A stretch of DNA of 64,000 nucleotides, taken from Candidatus Harrisonbacteria bacterium (GTDB lineage Bacteria; Patescibacteriota; Minisyncoccia; UBA6257; WO2-44-18). The notes beneath the pieces are model-generated. The model was not told where the DNA came from. It saw only the letters and a program-made list of their open reading frames with translations, and ran no database searches. Position 1 is the first letter of the stretch. Every line of letters begins with the position of its first letter. Both the position numbers and the translations under genes were made by a program. Positions 54,708 through 63,902 of this stretch are shown piece by piece. The stretch covers positions 9,298 through 73,297 of the forward strand of contig JACOXP010000006.1 of the NCBI GenBank assembly GCA_016182295.1, written 5' to 3'.

Positions 54708-54762
54708 AACGAAAAATAAATAGTATAGGATATCATCCATATGGGCAATAAATCATACCTTA

Positions 54763-55344
54763 ATGGCTAAAAGAAAATTTGCGGGGAAAATCGCTAAAGA
54801 AATTCTAATTGCCATGGCCGTTTTATCCGCGGCCGCTGGAATTACGATCACTCTGGCCGTTATGCCAGGATTGGGACGCGTTGGTAAAGAAATATTTGAT
54901 TGGTATTACAAACAAAATAAATCTCGTCGCCAACGCATTCGTAAAACTTTTCAAGATTTAAGAAAAGAACGACTTATTGAAGAAAAACATTTACCTGACG
55001 GCTCAACTCAGTTTATTCTTTCAGAAAAAGGAAAAAACAAAATTTTACATTATAATTTTGACGATCTTAAAATAGCAAAAACTACCAAATGGGACAAGAT
55101 ATGGCGGATAGTGATATTCGATATCCCGAATAATTTTGAAAAGGAACGCAGACTTTGGCGATTTAAATTAAAAACCATCGGATTTTATCAATTACAAAAA
55201 AGTGTTTGGGTTTACCCCTATCCTTGTAGGAAAGAAATAGATTTTATTGCGGAATATTTAGGCATCAGCCCACATATACGGATAGTAGAAGCAGTTTCAG
55301 TGGACGGATCCGAAGAATTAAACGATTACTTTTTCAAAGCATGA
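54763..55344 (+). CDS. PaaX-like transcriptional regulator candidate (N-terminal anchor, winged helix, PaaX_C-like domain)
   Basis: W.KIWRIVIFDIPNNFEKERRLWRFKLKTIGFYQLQKSVWVYP resembles the PaaX C-terminal signature; wing-like SEKGKNKI upstream. Confidence 0.4.
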   Translation: MAKRKFAGKIAKEILIAMAVLSAAAGITITLAVMPGLGRVGKEIFDWYYKQNKSRRQRIRKTFQDLRKERLIEEKHLPDGSTQFILSEKGKNKILHYNFDDLKIAKTTKWDKIWRIVIFDIPNNFEKERRLWRFKLKTIGFYQLQKSVWVYPYPCRKEIDFIAEYLGISPHIRIVEAVSVDGSEELNDYFFKA

Positions 55345-55355
55345 AAAAATATAAA

Positions 55356-55393
55356 AGTATTACTTATTGCCCATATGGGCAATAAGTAATACT
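55356..55393. repeat. 38-bp perfect palindrome (candidate operator or hairpin)
   Basis: AGTATTACTTATTGCCCATATGGGCAATAAGTAATACT equals its own reverse complement. A degenerate copy sharing CCATATGGGCAATAA and AGTAT lies at 54722-54756 upstream of the same gene. Confidence 0.8.
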
Positions 55394-55445
55394 TTGGGGG
55401 TTGACAGGGGGGTTTGAAGATGTAGAATGAGGGGCATTATATTTT

Positions 55446-55925
55446 ATGGAGAAAAATTCTTATTTTAAGTTTGTCGCGGTTTTTTTGGTTATTATCGCTT
55501 TAGGCGTTGGCGGCTATTTTATTTTTCGGGGAGAAAATCAGACGGAAAAAGCCGAGCGAGGGTTCCGGCAGTATGAAGAAGCGATGCGCGCCGACACTTA
55601 CGGAGGAAAAACTCCGCAGGAAACGCTGGATCTTTTTATTGAAGCCCTTCGCGCGGAAGATATCGAACTAGCGAGTAAGTATTTTTTATATGACGACAAT
55701 TTAAGCAAACAAAAATGGGTTGATCGCCTTAACGAAATAAAAAATAAAGGACTTTTAGAAATTATGGCGAATGATATAGAAACGCGCGCAAAAGAAGACG
55801 TTAAAAATAAAATTAGCGAAAATGATTTTAAATTTGTTCTATATGCCGACAACGAGCAGGTCGGTGCTCGGATCGATATGCAGTTTAATACTTATTCCGG
55901 AGTATGGAAAATAGAAAGCTTGTAA
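55446..55925 (+). CDS. Hypothetical protein with N-terminal TM anchor
   Basis: ORF; single N-terminal TM helix; charged soluble domain. Confidence 0.35.
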   Translation: MEKNSYFKFVAVFLVIIALGVGGYFIFRGENQTEKAERGFRQYEEAMRADTYGGKTPQETLDLFIEALRAEDIELASKYFLYDDNLSKQKWVDRLNEIKNKGLLEIMANDIETRAKEDVKNKISENDFKFVLYADNEQVGARIDMQFNTYSGVWKIESL

Positions 55926-58900
55926 TTTTAATCCCGGTTATACTGGGATTTTTCTTTGCTACTCAACCTGCGAGTGCGTACAGTACCAAAACCCACGCTT
56001 TTTTAACTAAAGCGACCTTGGAGTCGTATAACAAGCATTTTGAAAGTAAAATAGACGAAGAACTATGGCCGTATTTGATTGACGGCACTCGGAAAGAAGA
56101 TGAGTTTCCAAGATATTGGAATCATTTTTATGACCCCGTAAACGACAGGGGTCTAGAATCGGGGATTTATGGAAACGGCTATAAGTCTAAAAAATGGGCA
56201 ATGGACGACAAAGCCCAGAAGAGCAGCCTTTATAGAAACGCGGCAACCATCGGGTCAATTTTGACAGCCATTCAGCAGAGAAGCTTGGAAGGTTTTACGA
56301 TTCAGTCAGATTACACGTGGCAACAGGCAGTCAAACAATACATTGCCGGCGATGAGGAAAAAGCGTTTTACGCCCTAGGTCACGTTTTGCATTTGATTCA
56401 GGACGCTTCAGTGCCCGACCATACCCGCAACGATCCCCACCCGCCCATAGAAGGCGGCAGTCCTTACGAGGATTGGACCGAGCGGTTTAATTTGGAAAAT
56501 CCGGATAATGCCGTGCGGCTCCAAGTTTTATATAAAAAACCAGTTATTTTAGAAACTTTGGAGGAATATTTTGATTCCATAGCCAATTATTCTAATAATA
56601 ATTTTTATAGTCGAGATACAGTCGGATTAACTCATGGATATAAAATGCCAGAACCAGATTATTTTGCTCTATACGATGGTGAAAGTTACGGATTTAAAAC
56701 AGATAAAGAATTTGGCGATTACAAACTTTTATGGGGCAACGGAATTTTTGAATGGTCATCTGGAGGAGGAGCGCTTTTAATTGGTTTAGATCCAGTACTG
56801 AATGACTACTGGAACCGCCTTTCTGTAAAAGCGGTTCAGCATGGGGCGGGAGTGATTGATTTATTTTTTAAAGACGTTGAAAAAACGCGCAAAGAATTGG
56901 CAAATATTGAAGAAAAGAAATCCTTCTTCGCTCAAATTGTTGACGCGGTGAGAAATCTTTTTGGCGGTGACTCGGAAGACGAGCCGGTGCTAGAAATTGA
57001 AATTACCAGTTCGGATTTGATCAATGATTCCAAAACAGATCAAACAAATCAAATTGCCCAAATTGAAGAAGCGTCTAGCGTGATTGATAGTATAGAAATT
57101 CTTAATGAACAATTTGAAACCATAGTTGAGCAGGAACAAGTCCAATGGTGCGGATTTACAACTAGCAAATCGCCGACCAAGCAAAATTTAATAATCAACG
57201 AAGTTGCCTGGATGGGCTCAATTTCGAGCGCCAATGCTGAATGGATTGAATTGAAAAACATTTCCGGTTCCGAATTGGAGGTTGCTGATTGGCAAATGTT
57301 TGACGCAAAAGAGGATATCAAAGTAAAACTTTCGGGAAAAATTCCGGCTGGAGGATTTTACCTGCTTGAGAGAACTGACGACGACTCCGTTCCCGGCGTT
57401 TCGGCTGACCAAATCTACACAGGCGCTCTTTCCAATACTAGCGAGGGATTGCGGCTGTTTAATACAAGCTGTGATTTATTGGATGAGGTGATAGCCAATC
57501 CGAATTGGCCGGCTGGAAGCAATAACAATAAACACACGATGGAGCGAATGAATAATTTTTCCTGGAGAAATTATAGCGGCGGACAACAAAACGGTATTTA
57601 TGGAACTCCTAAAGCGGAGAATAGCTCCGGAGAAAATCCAGATAGCGCTAGTTCGGGATCGCCGACTCCCAAATCTGACCCGCAACCAACTTTGACGCCA
57701 ACTCCTACTCCGACTCCGACTCCTACTCCGACTCCTACTCCGACTCCAACACAAACTCCAACGCCAACCCCCACACCGGAGCCAGGACCGACTATCCAGA
57801 AAGTTTTAATAAGCGAATTTCTTTTTGACGCCGAGGGAAGCGACAGCGGCAAAGAATTTATTGAGCTTTACAATCCCGGGGATCAGGCCGTTGATATTTC
57901 CAATTGGTCCGTTCAGCATGTTTCCGGAAGCGGTTCTATAAGCAAGAAAAACTTTGAGACGGGAAATTCTATCGCGCCTAAAAGCTTTTTTCTTATTTGG
58001 CTTGGCAATTCGCCGGGTTCGCCACAAGCGGATATGGTTTGGGCGAGCGGAAGTTTAAATAACACAAACGCCACTATTTATTTGGTTGGCGATACCTCGC
58101 AAATTTCCACCACCAGCCCTGTTTCAGTTGACGCTGTCGGCTATGACGTCAATAATATTTCCGGATTTTCCGCGGGAATGAGTTTAGAAAGAAAAGCACT
58201 TTCTGGAAGCGATTGTGTTTCGGCTCAAAACGCCGGCGAATACTTGGGAAATGGTTGCGATACTGATCAAGCGAACGATTTTGAATTAAGAGAAACACCG
58301 AATCCGCAAAACACCCAAAGCTTGCCGGAGCCGCGCAATTCTCCGGCAGCCGCGGAAGACTTCAATGCTGAGGCGAACAAACTCAGCGTTGATTTTAGTT
58401 GGACTGCCGAATCGAATTTAAATTACGAAATTTACGCGAAAATCAATTCCGATTATTCGCTTCTTGGATCAACCCCGGATAGCGGTTACTCAACCTTAGT
58501 TAAAGAGACCAGTCGGGATTATACCTTTGTCATAAAATCCATAGACAAAGACGGCCTTTCTTCGGAAACCTTGCCAGAAACCATCGTTGAAGTCCCCAGC
58601 TTGATTACCGGAATTGATTTTCACGGAGACCCGAATGTCGCAACCAGCACAAGAATTCAAATCAACTTTGCCGAATATCCGTTCGTGCCGACTATTTTCA
58701 ACAAGCCGAACACCTGGAAAATTTTAGTTTTCTATCTTAATCAAGTTCCGGACAGCGCCCCGAATTACTTAAATACCGCTATTAGTTGGCAGCCCGAAGA
58801 TTTGTCAGGGATATTGTATATAAAATACCCCGGTTGCGCCGGCGGAAATTCTCATCATTATTCTTTGATAATACCGGATGTCGCGGAACGTTGCGGAACC

Positions 58901-59104
58901 GGCGGAGGAGTAATGAACAGAGCTTTTTATTTCGATAAAATAAATGAAAATGATTTAGAACTTGAGGTAATTTCAGAAACGGGATTTTCGGACACTGATT
59001 ATCTTACCGTGGCTTATTATGATTTTTCCACATCTGGGGGAGGAAACCAGGGGTTTAGTTTAGCGGCAATTGATAAGACAAAATATTATTTTCAGGCGGA
59101 TTGA
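55904..59104 (+). CDS. Large secreted multidomain protein: S1-P1 nuclease / zinc phospholipase C-like domain, two lamin-tail domains, Pro-Thr linker
   Basis: Signal peptide. HLIQDASVPDH fits the HxxGDxxxPxH zinc-site pattern of the S1-P1/PLC fold. Two LTD-like segments (LIINEVAWMGS..AEWIELKN; VLISEFLFDAEG..EFIELYNPG). (PT)n linker. Confidence 0.5.
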   Translation: MENRKLVILIPVILGFFFATQPASAYSTKTHAFLTKATLESYNKHFESKIDEELWPYLIDGTRKEDEFPRYWNHFYDPVNDRGLESGIYGNGYKSKKWAMDDKAQKSSLYRNAATIGSILTAIQQRSLEGFTIQSDYTWQQAVKQYIAGDEEKAFYALGHVLHLIQDASVPDHTRNDPHPPIEGGSPYEDWTERFNLENPDNAVRLQVLYKKPVILETLEEYFDSIANYSNNNFYSRDTVGLTHGYKMPEPDYFALYDGESYGFKTDKEFGDYKLLWGNGIFEWSSGGGALLIGLDPVLNDYWNRLSVKAVQHGAGVIDLFFKDVEKTRKELANIEEKKSFFAQIVDAVRNLFGGDSEDEPVLEIEITSSDLINDSKTDQTNQIAQIEEASSVIDSIEILNEQFETIVEQEQVQWCGFTTSKSPTKQNLIINEVAWMGSISSANAEWIELKNISGSELEVADWQMFDAKEDIKVKLSGKIPAGGFYLLERTDDDSVPGVSADQIYTGALSNTSEGLRLFNTSCDLLDEVIANPNWPAGSNNNKHTMERMNNFSWRNYSGGQQNGIYGTPKAENSSGENPDSASSGSPTPKSDPQPTLTPTPTPTPTPTPTPTPTPTQTPTPTPTPEPGPTIQKVLISEFLFDAEGSDSGKEFIELYNPGDQAVDISNWSVQHVSGSGSISKKNFETGNSIAPKSFFLIWLGNSPGSPQADMVWASGSLNNTNATIYLVGDTSQISTTSPVSVDAVGYDVNNISGFSAGMSLERKALSGSDCVSAQNAGEYLGNGCDTDQANDFELRETPNPQNTQSLPEPRNSPAAAEDFNAEANKLSVDFSWTAESNLNYEIYAKINSDYSLLGSTPDSGYSTLVKETSRDYTFVIKSIDKDGLSSETLPETIVEVPSLITGIDFHGDPNVATSTRIQINFAEYPFVPTIFNKPNTWKILVFYLNQVPDSAPNYLNTAISWQPEDLSGILYIKYPGCAGGNSHHYSLIIPDVAERCGTGGGVMNRAFYFDKINENDLELEVISETGFSDTDYLTVAYYDFSTSGGGNQGFSLAAIDKTKYYFQAD
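57696..57778 (+). repeat. Tandem 12-bp (ACTCCGACTCCT-like) repeat encoding a Pro-Thr linker
   Basis: Direct tandem repetition visible in the sequence; encodes PTPTPTPTPTPTPTPTPTPTQTPTPTPTP. Confidence 0.8.
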
Positions 59105-59158
59105 TCCCGCAATGGTTGACGAAATGAGATTTGCGTGATAGAATTGCCGCATTGAACC

Positions 59159-59812
59159 TTGATTTTAATTTTTAAGGAGGAAAGTATGCCGATCAAACAG
59201 GTGGCGTGCGCGTACTGCAATCAGCAAGTCAACAAGGCGCAGACTTACCACATCGGTGGGGGAAGACGCGCCTGTAGAACACACGAGGGTGTTCTACAGA
59301 AAAAGGATCAGTTGGAGCAAAGCCAGAAGGCAAGGATCCAACAAGGGATTGAGCGACTAAACAGAAAAAAGGAAAGAGGGTTCGCGCCGTTACCGCCCCA
59401 AACCAATCCCACGAAACCGAATTGCTGGGTGTGTGGCGTAAATGGCTTACGGCAAGACGAGTTTTTCCTTCGCCTCTTAATGGATCGCGAAAAGGCGCGC
59501 AAAATTTACGGATATGTCAATCCTCTTGACCTTTCTCACCCCGCGAACCATCCTATCAAAGAGCCATGTATTTTTGTCGTGCCGAAGGAAAAGTGCGCAG
59601 ATGTGATTGGGCATTTACCCTGGTACCTTCGGGAGCTTCCCGAAATGTCAGGAGTTGTGGCGATCTGCGGGCTGTGCGCCTATAAACACAAAGTAGACGC
59701 GTTGCCGGAGATTGACGCGGATCAACTGATGAAATTTTCCGTCATATACGAAACCTTCTTCAAGCCGATGCTGCAGAAAGCGGCCTCACGGGAACTGACC
59801 AGAGATAACTAG
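59159..59812 (+). CDS. Hypothetical protein with N-terminal zinc-ribbon-like Cys cluster
   Basis: CAYCNQQ...CRTHEG near the N-terminus; preceded by a GGAGG SD (59175-59179). Confidence 0.4.
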   Translation: MILIFKEESMPIKQVACAYCNQQVNKAQTYHIGGGRRACRTHEGVLQKKDQLEQSQKARIQQGIERLNRKKERGFAPLPPQTNPTKPNCWVCGVNGLRQDEFFLRLLMDREKARKIYGYVNPLDLSHPANHPIKEPCIFVVPKEKCADVIGHLPWYLRELPEMSGVVAICGLCAYKHKVDALPEIDADQLMKFSVIYETFFKPMLQKAASRELTRDN

Positions 59813-59814
59813 TT

Positions 59815-60240
59815 TTATTGCCCGACTTCAGATGGAGTCGGGCAAATTTTTTCTTTGTTGCTTAAAAGTTTTTCGGTGACGGCGGCGGTGATTTGATTGA
59901 TGACGCCCGGGTCGTCGTTTTGCTTCAGCACTTCCTCAACTATTTCCTTGGTGCGGTCGAGAGTTTCGACCGCCGCTTCGGGATTATCAAGATTGGCTTC
60001 GACAATTTCACGGAGAGTAAAAAGATTATTATCTAATTCGCCGAGGAGCTTTTCCCGCCTGTAAGCGGGAGTGGCGTAGATGTCTTCGGCGGTTTTTTTA
60101 ATTTCGCCGGGCAGGAAAGAGATGCCGCTGATGTAGTCCAGCCCCCTTTCTTTTATATTGTTGGGGGCGAAATAAAAGGCAACCCCGGCGATTCCAGTCA
60201 AAACGGCCAGGACTACTAATAAGCGTATTGCTTGAAACAT
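59815..60240 (-). CDS. Hypothetical membrane-anchored protein
   Basis: ORF with N-terminal TM helix. Confidence 0.35.
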   Translation of the reverse strand: MFQAIRLLVVLAVLTGIAGVAFYFAPNNIKERGLDYISGISFLPGEIKKTAEDIYATPAYRREKLLGELDNNLFTLREIVEANLDNPEAAVETLDRTKEIVEEVLKQNDDPGVINQITAAVTEKLLSNKEKICPTPSEVGQ

Positions 60241-60264
60241 CCTTTTTATTATAGAATATTGACT

Positions 60265-60876
60265 ATGAATACCAAATTTATTTTACCGGCAGTATTAATG
60301 CTGGCGCTGGCCATCGGCGGAGTTTATTTCTTTTCCAAAGGTTCGAATTCCGGAATGGACAGCGAAGCAAATCAGGCGAATTTGAACGGCCGATTTGCCG
60401 GAGACGTGTTCGCTGTTTTGGATACCGATCACGGGACGATAAAGATAAAATTTATGCCGGGAGTCGCTCCGAAAACCGTGGCCAATTTCGTGAATTTGGC
60501 CAAGGAAGGATTTTACGACGGTCTTATTTTCCACCGCGTCATTAAAAATTTCATGATTCAGGGCGGCGATCCCAACGGCAATGGGACCGGCGGGCCGGGC
60601 TATGATTTTGAAGATGAAATAAATCTTGAATCGGAATTGTATGCTTCGGGTATTTATAAAAAGGGAATGATGGCGATGGCTAATCGCGGACCCAACACCA
60701 ACGGCAGCCAATTTTTCATAATGGTTGACGATTTGCCGTTGCTTCCGAATTACACGATTTTCGGGCAGGTAGTTGATGGGCAAGACGTCGCGGACGCTAT
60801 CAGTTTGGTTGATACTGACGAAAAAGACATGCCGTTGGAGCAAGTTGTCATCAATAAAGTGACAATTTTGGAGTAA
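60265..60876 (+). CDS. Cyclophilin-type peptidyl-prolyl cis-trans isomerase, membrane-anchored/secreted
   Basis: FHRVIKNFMIQGGDP, GGPGY, MANRGPNTNGSQFFI cyclophilin motifs; N-terminal signal/anchor. Start taken at MNTKF. Confidence 0.85.
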   Translation: MNTKFILPAVLMLALAIGGVYFFSKGSNSGMDSEANQANLNGRFAGDVFAVLDTDHGTIKIKFMPGVAPKTVANFVNLAKEGFYDGLIFHRVIKNFMIQGGDPNGNGTGGPGYDFEDEINLESELYASGIYKKGMMAMANRGPNTNGSQFFIMVDDLPLLPNYTIFGQVVDGQDVADAISLVDTDEKDMPLEQVVINKVTILE

Positions 60877-60929
60877 ATTTTTTTTTAATTGACTTTTAAA
60901 AATTTTTAGATAGAATAGGGGGTAGAACG

Positions 60930-61325
60930 TTGCCATTACTATTGGAGGCCCCGATGAAATATTGGGAAGAAATAGCGGGCTGGATCGAAAGGTTCATTTC
61001 TTTAATAGACAGGCGAAAGGTATTTTGTTCAATAATTAGTTTCCCCGTTATTTCCGCAATCGCCATTATTCTTATTTGCGGACGTCTCGGAGAGGTTAGC
61101 GTGTCCGGTTTTGCTCTTGGGTTCGCGCTCGCGATGGCGGTGTTGTTTTTTTTACACGGTGTTCTTTCACTCATCAAAGAAGCGCTGTTGAGACGTAGCA
61201 TTCGGAGAGGCGTTGCCAGAGCTAAAGGAAAAAGCGAAGATTTTCATCCGACCTTTTTGGCGAAGGGAAGCTTGGACGATATGGATGACGACGAAATTAA
61301 CCGTCGTTTCAGGAGGTCAAAATGA
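60930..61325 (+). CDS. Hypothetical membrane protein
   Basis: ORF with two TM helices. Confidence 0.3.
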   Translation: MPLLLEAPMKYWEEIAGWIERFISLIDRRKVFCSIISFPVISAIAIILICGRLGEVSVSGFALGFALAMAVLFFLHGVLSLIKEALLRRSIRRGVARAKGKSEDFHPTFLAKGSLDDMDDDEINRRFRRSK

Positions 61326-61576
61326 ACGACGATATGGATTTGCCCGTTTACGTCGGCAATCAGGAGAGCTGCGTGTATTGCGGAAAAAAATTTCTTATTA
61401 ATGAAGTTATCGTTGCCTGCATGAAAGAAACTAGAACGTCCTCAGATTTGGAAGAGCGCATTTTCTGTTATTTCAGCCCGGATGATTCTGACGAGTGTTG
61501 CAGTGTTCAGTACTGCAACATTAATAACGATTACTTCACCCGTTTTAGAATTATGTGCTTCCACGGAAACACCTAA
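61322..61576 (+). CDS. Hypothetical Cys-rich small protein
   Basis: ORF with CVYCGKK...C...CC motifs; start overlaps the upstream stop. Confidence 0.3.
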   Translation: MNDDMDLPVYVGNQESCVYCGKKFLINEVIVACMKETRTSSDLEERIFCYFSPDDSDECCSVQYCNINNDYFTRFRIMCFHGNT

Positions 61577-61595
61577 TTCTAAAGAAAGAGATTTA

Positions 61596-61630
61596 AAACT
61601 CCCCATGGTTAGTGGGGAGTTTCTTTATTT
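61596..61630. terminator. Bidirectional terminator candidate between convergent genes
   Basis: aaactcccca tggttag tggggagttt hairpin followed by TCTTTATTTCTT. Confidence 0.55.
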
Positions 61631-62229
61631 CTTAGAGGTTTGATAAATTCCTGATAAAACTGTCGCGCTTGGATTTTATAACCGTCAATCGTGCAGTTAT
61701 TGTCAATCTTGAAATCAGTTCGGCATCCGATTTCGTGAACGTGGATTTCATTCGGCGCCTGGTCTTCTTTCAAAAATTCTTCCCAAGTTTTGCTTTCATC
61801 GCTTTCTTTCTCTCTTCTTGTTTTAACGCGCTCATAACGAAGAGCCGGATCGGCCATAATATAGACCATAATCCCGCCCATTTCTCTGATCGCGGTTTCG
61901 TCGGGAAGCCAACGGACTCCGTCGGCGATTATGATTTCGTAACGCTTGCGGGGATTCTCTTCCGTTTCCCTCATTTTATTGAGGAAGCCGACAGTTACGG
62001 CGTCGGCTCTTTTTGATTCAAGCTGCTGTCCGAGCCACTGCAGATTTTCTCTGGTGGTCGGAATGCCATAATGCTTCAGAGTTTCAAACAAAGAGTCAGA
62101 AAATTTTACCGTTCCTACGCTTGGCCAGAAATCATCTTCGCGCATTACCGCTTCCAGGGTCGATTTGAAAGTGCTTTTGCCCGCGCCTGGCTTTCCAACC
62201 AAACCGATGATCACGCGTTCTATTCCCAT
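61609..62229 (-). CDS. P-loop NTPase / nucleotide-kinase-like protein
   Basis: VIIGLVGKPGAGKST Walker A motif near the N-terminus; about 206 aa. Confidence 0.5.
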   Translation of the reverse strand: MGIERVIIGLVGKPGAGKSTFKSTLEAVMREDDFWPSVGTVKFSDSLFETLKHYGIPTTRENLQWLGQQLESKRADAVTVGFLNKMRETEENPRKRYEIIIADGVRWLPDETAIREMGGIMVYIMADPALRYERVKTRREKESDESKTWEEFLKEDQAPNEIHVHEIGCRTDFKIDNNCTIDGYKIQARQFYQEFIKPLRNKETPH

Positions 62230-62882
62230 GGCCGTTCTCCTAAAGGTTCAACTTTAAAAAGAATTCTTATCACTTCGAAAAGATTATCCGCCAGATAGTC
62301 CGGCTTGGATGAAGCAAGCTTAGCTTTGGAATTGTAGCCATGAGCCACGCCGATACTGGTCACGCCCACTCGTTTAGCGGCGAGAATGCCGTCGGCGATA
62401 TCATCCACGTAAAAGGCCTCTTCGGGTTTGCATTGGAAAGTATTCAATACTTCCCGAATCTTTATTTCTTTGTCATAAGCTTGGGCGAAGTACGCGTCGA
62501 AACAGTCATGAAGATTAAAATTTTCTAAGCATTTTTCCAGTAGGTCTTTTTGCTCCGCACTAACAATTACTCTAGCGGCGCTGTTTTTCTTGCAGGCCCA
62601 GAGCAAGGTTCTGGCTGTTGAGTAGAGACCTGCCTGGCGCCAACGACGCTTGATGAATTTCTTGCGGATTGCCCGCAGGTCATCAGGATTTGTGTCAGCC
62701 GGAATGCCATGCTTTTGATAAAATGGCATGAAATTCAAGCCGACTTCATCGCAGAAACTTTCCCAGGAAGGCGTCGGCAGTTCGTAGCGCCGGAAGATTG
62801 CTTGAAGGCAGCCCTTCATTAAATCACGGTCATCAAGAAGAGTGCCGTTCCAATCGAACATCCCGAGTTTCCAGTCGGGCAT
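62220..62882 (-). CDS. HAD-superfamily hydrolase (phosphatase)
   Basis: LGMFDWNGTLLDD (HAD motif I DxxGT) and a later D-containing motif (YVDDIADG). Confidence 0.7.
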   Translation of the reverse strand: MPDWKLGMFDWNGTLLDDRDLMKGCLQAIFRRYELPTPSWESFCDEVGLNFMPFYQKHGIPADTNPDDLRAIRKKFIKRRWRQAGLYSTARTLLWACKKNSAARVIVSAEQKDLLEKCLENFNLHDCFDAYFAQAYDKEIKIREVLNTFQCKPEEAFYVDDIADGILAAKRVGVTSIGVAHGYNSKAKLASSKPDYLADNLFEVIRILFKVEPLGERPWE

Positions 62883-62959
62883 TTAACAACCTCCTAAATA
62901 TAGAATTGTAAATGAGCAAACCCTTCGATTCTATTTAGGGCAAGCTATATAATAGTGGA

Positions 62960-63439
62960 ATGGTCGTGATTTTGCAAAACATCAGAAGCCTGCACAACGT
63001 CGGTTCTGTTTTCCGCACCGCCGACGCCGCCGGTATAGAAAAAATTTATCTTTGCGGCATTACGCCGGAGCCGGTTGATCGCTTCGGGAAAATCCAGCCA
63101 CAATTCGCAAAGGTGGCGCTGGGGGCGGAGAAAAGTGTCGCTTGGGAGAGGTGTGGTTCCGCAAACAAGTTGATTGATCGTCTGAAAAAAGACGGCTACA
63201 AAATCTGGACTATTGAGCAAAATAGGAAATCTGCGGCGTACTATAGCTTACGCCCCAAACCCCATACCCTCGCGCGCGCGGCGCTTATTCTTGGTAATGA
63301 AGTGCGGGGTATTGCGTCATCTATACTTAAAAAGGCCGATAAAATTTTAGAAATACCAATGAGGGGCAGAAAAGAATCGCTGAACGTCGCGGTGGCGTTC
63401 GGCATAGTCGCTTTTCATTTGGTATATTGTAGAAAATGA
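62960..63439 (+). CDS. SpoU/TrmH-family RNA 2'-O-methyltransferase
   Basis: NVGSVFRTADAAGI (motif 1) and ILGNEVRGI...LNVAVA (motifs 2/3) of the SPOUT class. Confidence 0.8.
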   Translation: MVVILQNIRSLHNVGSVFRTADAAGIEKIYLCGITPEPVDRFGKIQPQFAKVALGAEKSVAWERCGSANKLIDRLKKDGYKIWTIEQNRKSAAYYSLRPKPHTLARAALILGNEVRGIASSILKKADKILEIPMRGRKESLNVAVAFGIVAFHLVYCRK

Positions 63440-63897
63440 AGAAATTTTTAATAGCGTTGGGAATTTTCGCTTTAATGATAATCGCTTTTTTGGGAGTGAG
63501 TTTTGTTGGACAAAAAGGCGCTGAAAGCAATCTTCCAAAAAAGGCGTTGTTGGTTGGCAATCAATTTATCCAGGTAGAAATCGCCGGTGATCCAATTTCC
63601 AGATCGCGGGGACTTTCCGGCCGTTCCGGATTGGAGGAAGGCGCGGGAATGCTTTTTGTTTTTGAAGCATCCGGATTGCCGCAGTTTTGGATGAAGGGAA
63701 TGCTTTTCCCCATTGATATAGTTTGGGTAGGCGATGGGAAAATAGTCGGCGTGGAAAAAGAAGCCCCGCCGCATTATGGTTTCGGAGACCCGGAAATTTA
63801 CATGGCTCCGAAGCCGGTGGATATGGTGCTTGAAATTGGAGCCGGCGAATTTGACCGGCTTGGATTGAAAATCGGGGATGCGGTTGTGATACAATAG
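63436..63897 (+). CDS. DUF192-family protein
   Basis: Signal/anchor plus PIDIVWVGDGKIVGVEK...MVLEIGAG motifs characteristic of DUF192 (COG1430). Confidence 0.65.
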   Translation: MKKFLIALGIFALMIIAFLGVSFVGQKGAESNLPKKALLVGNQFIQVEIAGDPISRSRGLSGRSGLEEGAGMLFVFEASGLPQFWMKGMLFPIDIVWVGDGKIVGVEKEAPPHYGFGDPEIYMAPKPVDMVLEIGAGEFDRLGLKIGDAVVIQ

Positions 63898-63902
63898 TCA
63901 GT

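Noticed and set aside
54763-55344. Possible Cas2-like protein (VIFDIP...R..L...G.R.Q.SV pattern) hinting at a CRISPR-Cas remnant
   Set aside because: No CRISPR array, cas1 or other cas genes anywhere in the window. The motif including the WV.P ending fits the PaaX C-terminal domain better, and the protein has a wing-like N-terminal segment.
57476-57852. Minus-strand ORFs translating to RSRSRS... and GVGVGV...
   Set aside because: Artefacts of the tandem PT-encoding repeat read in antisense frames.
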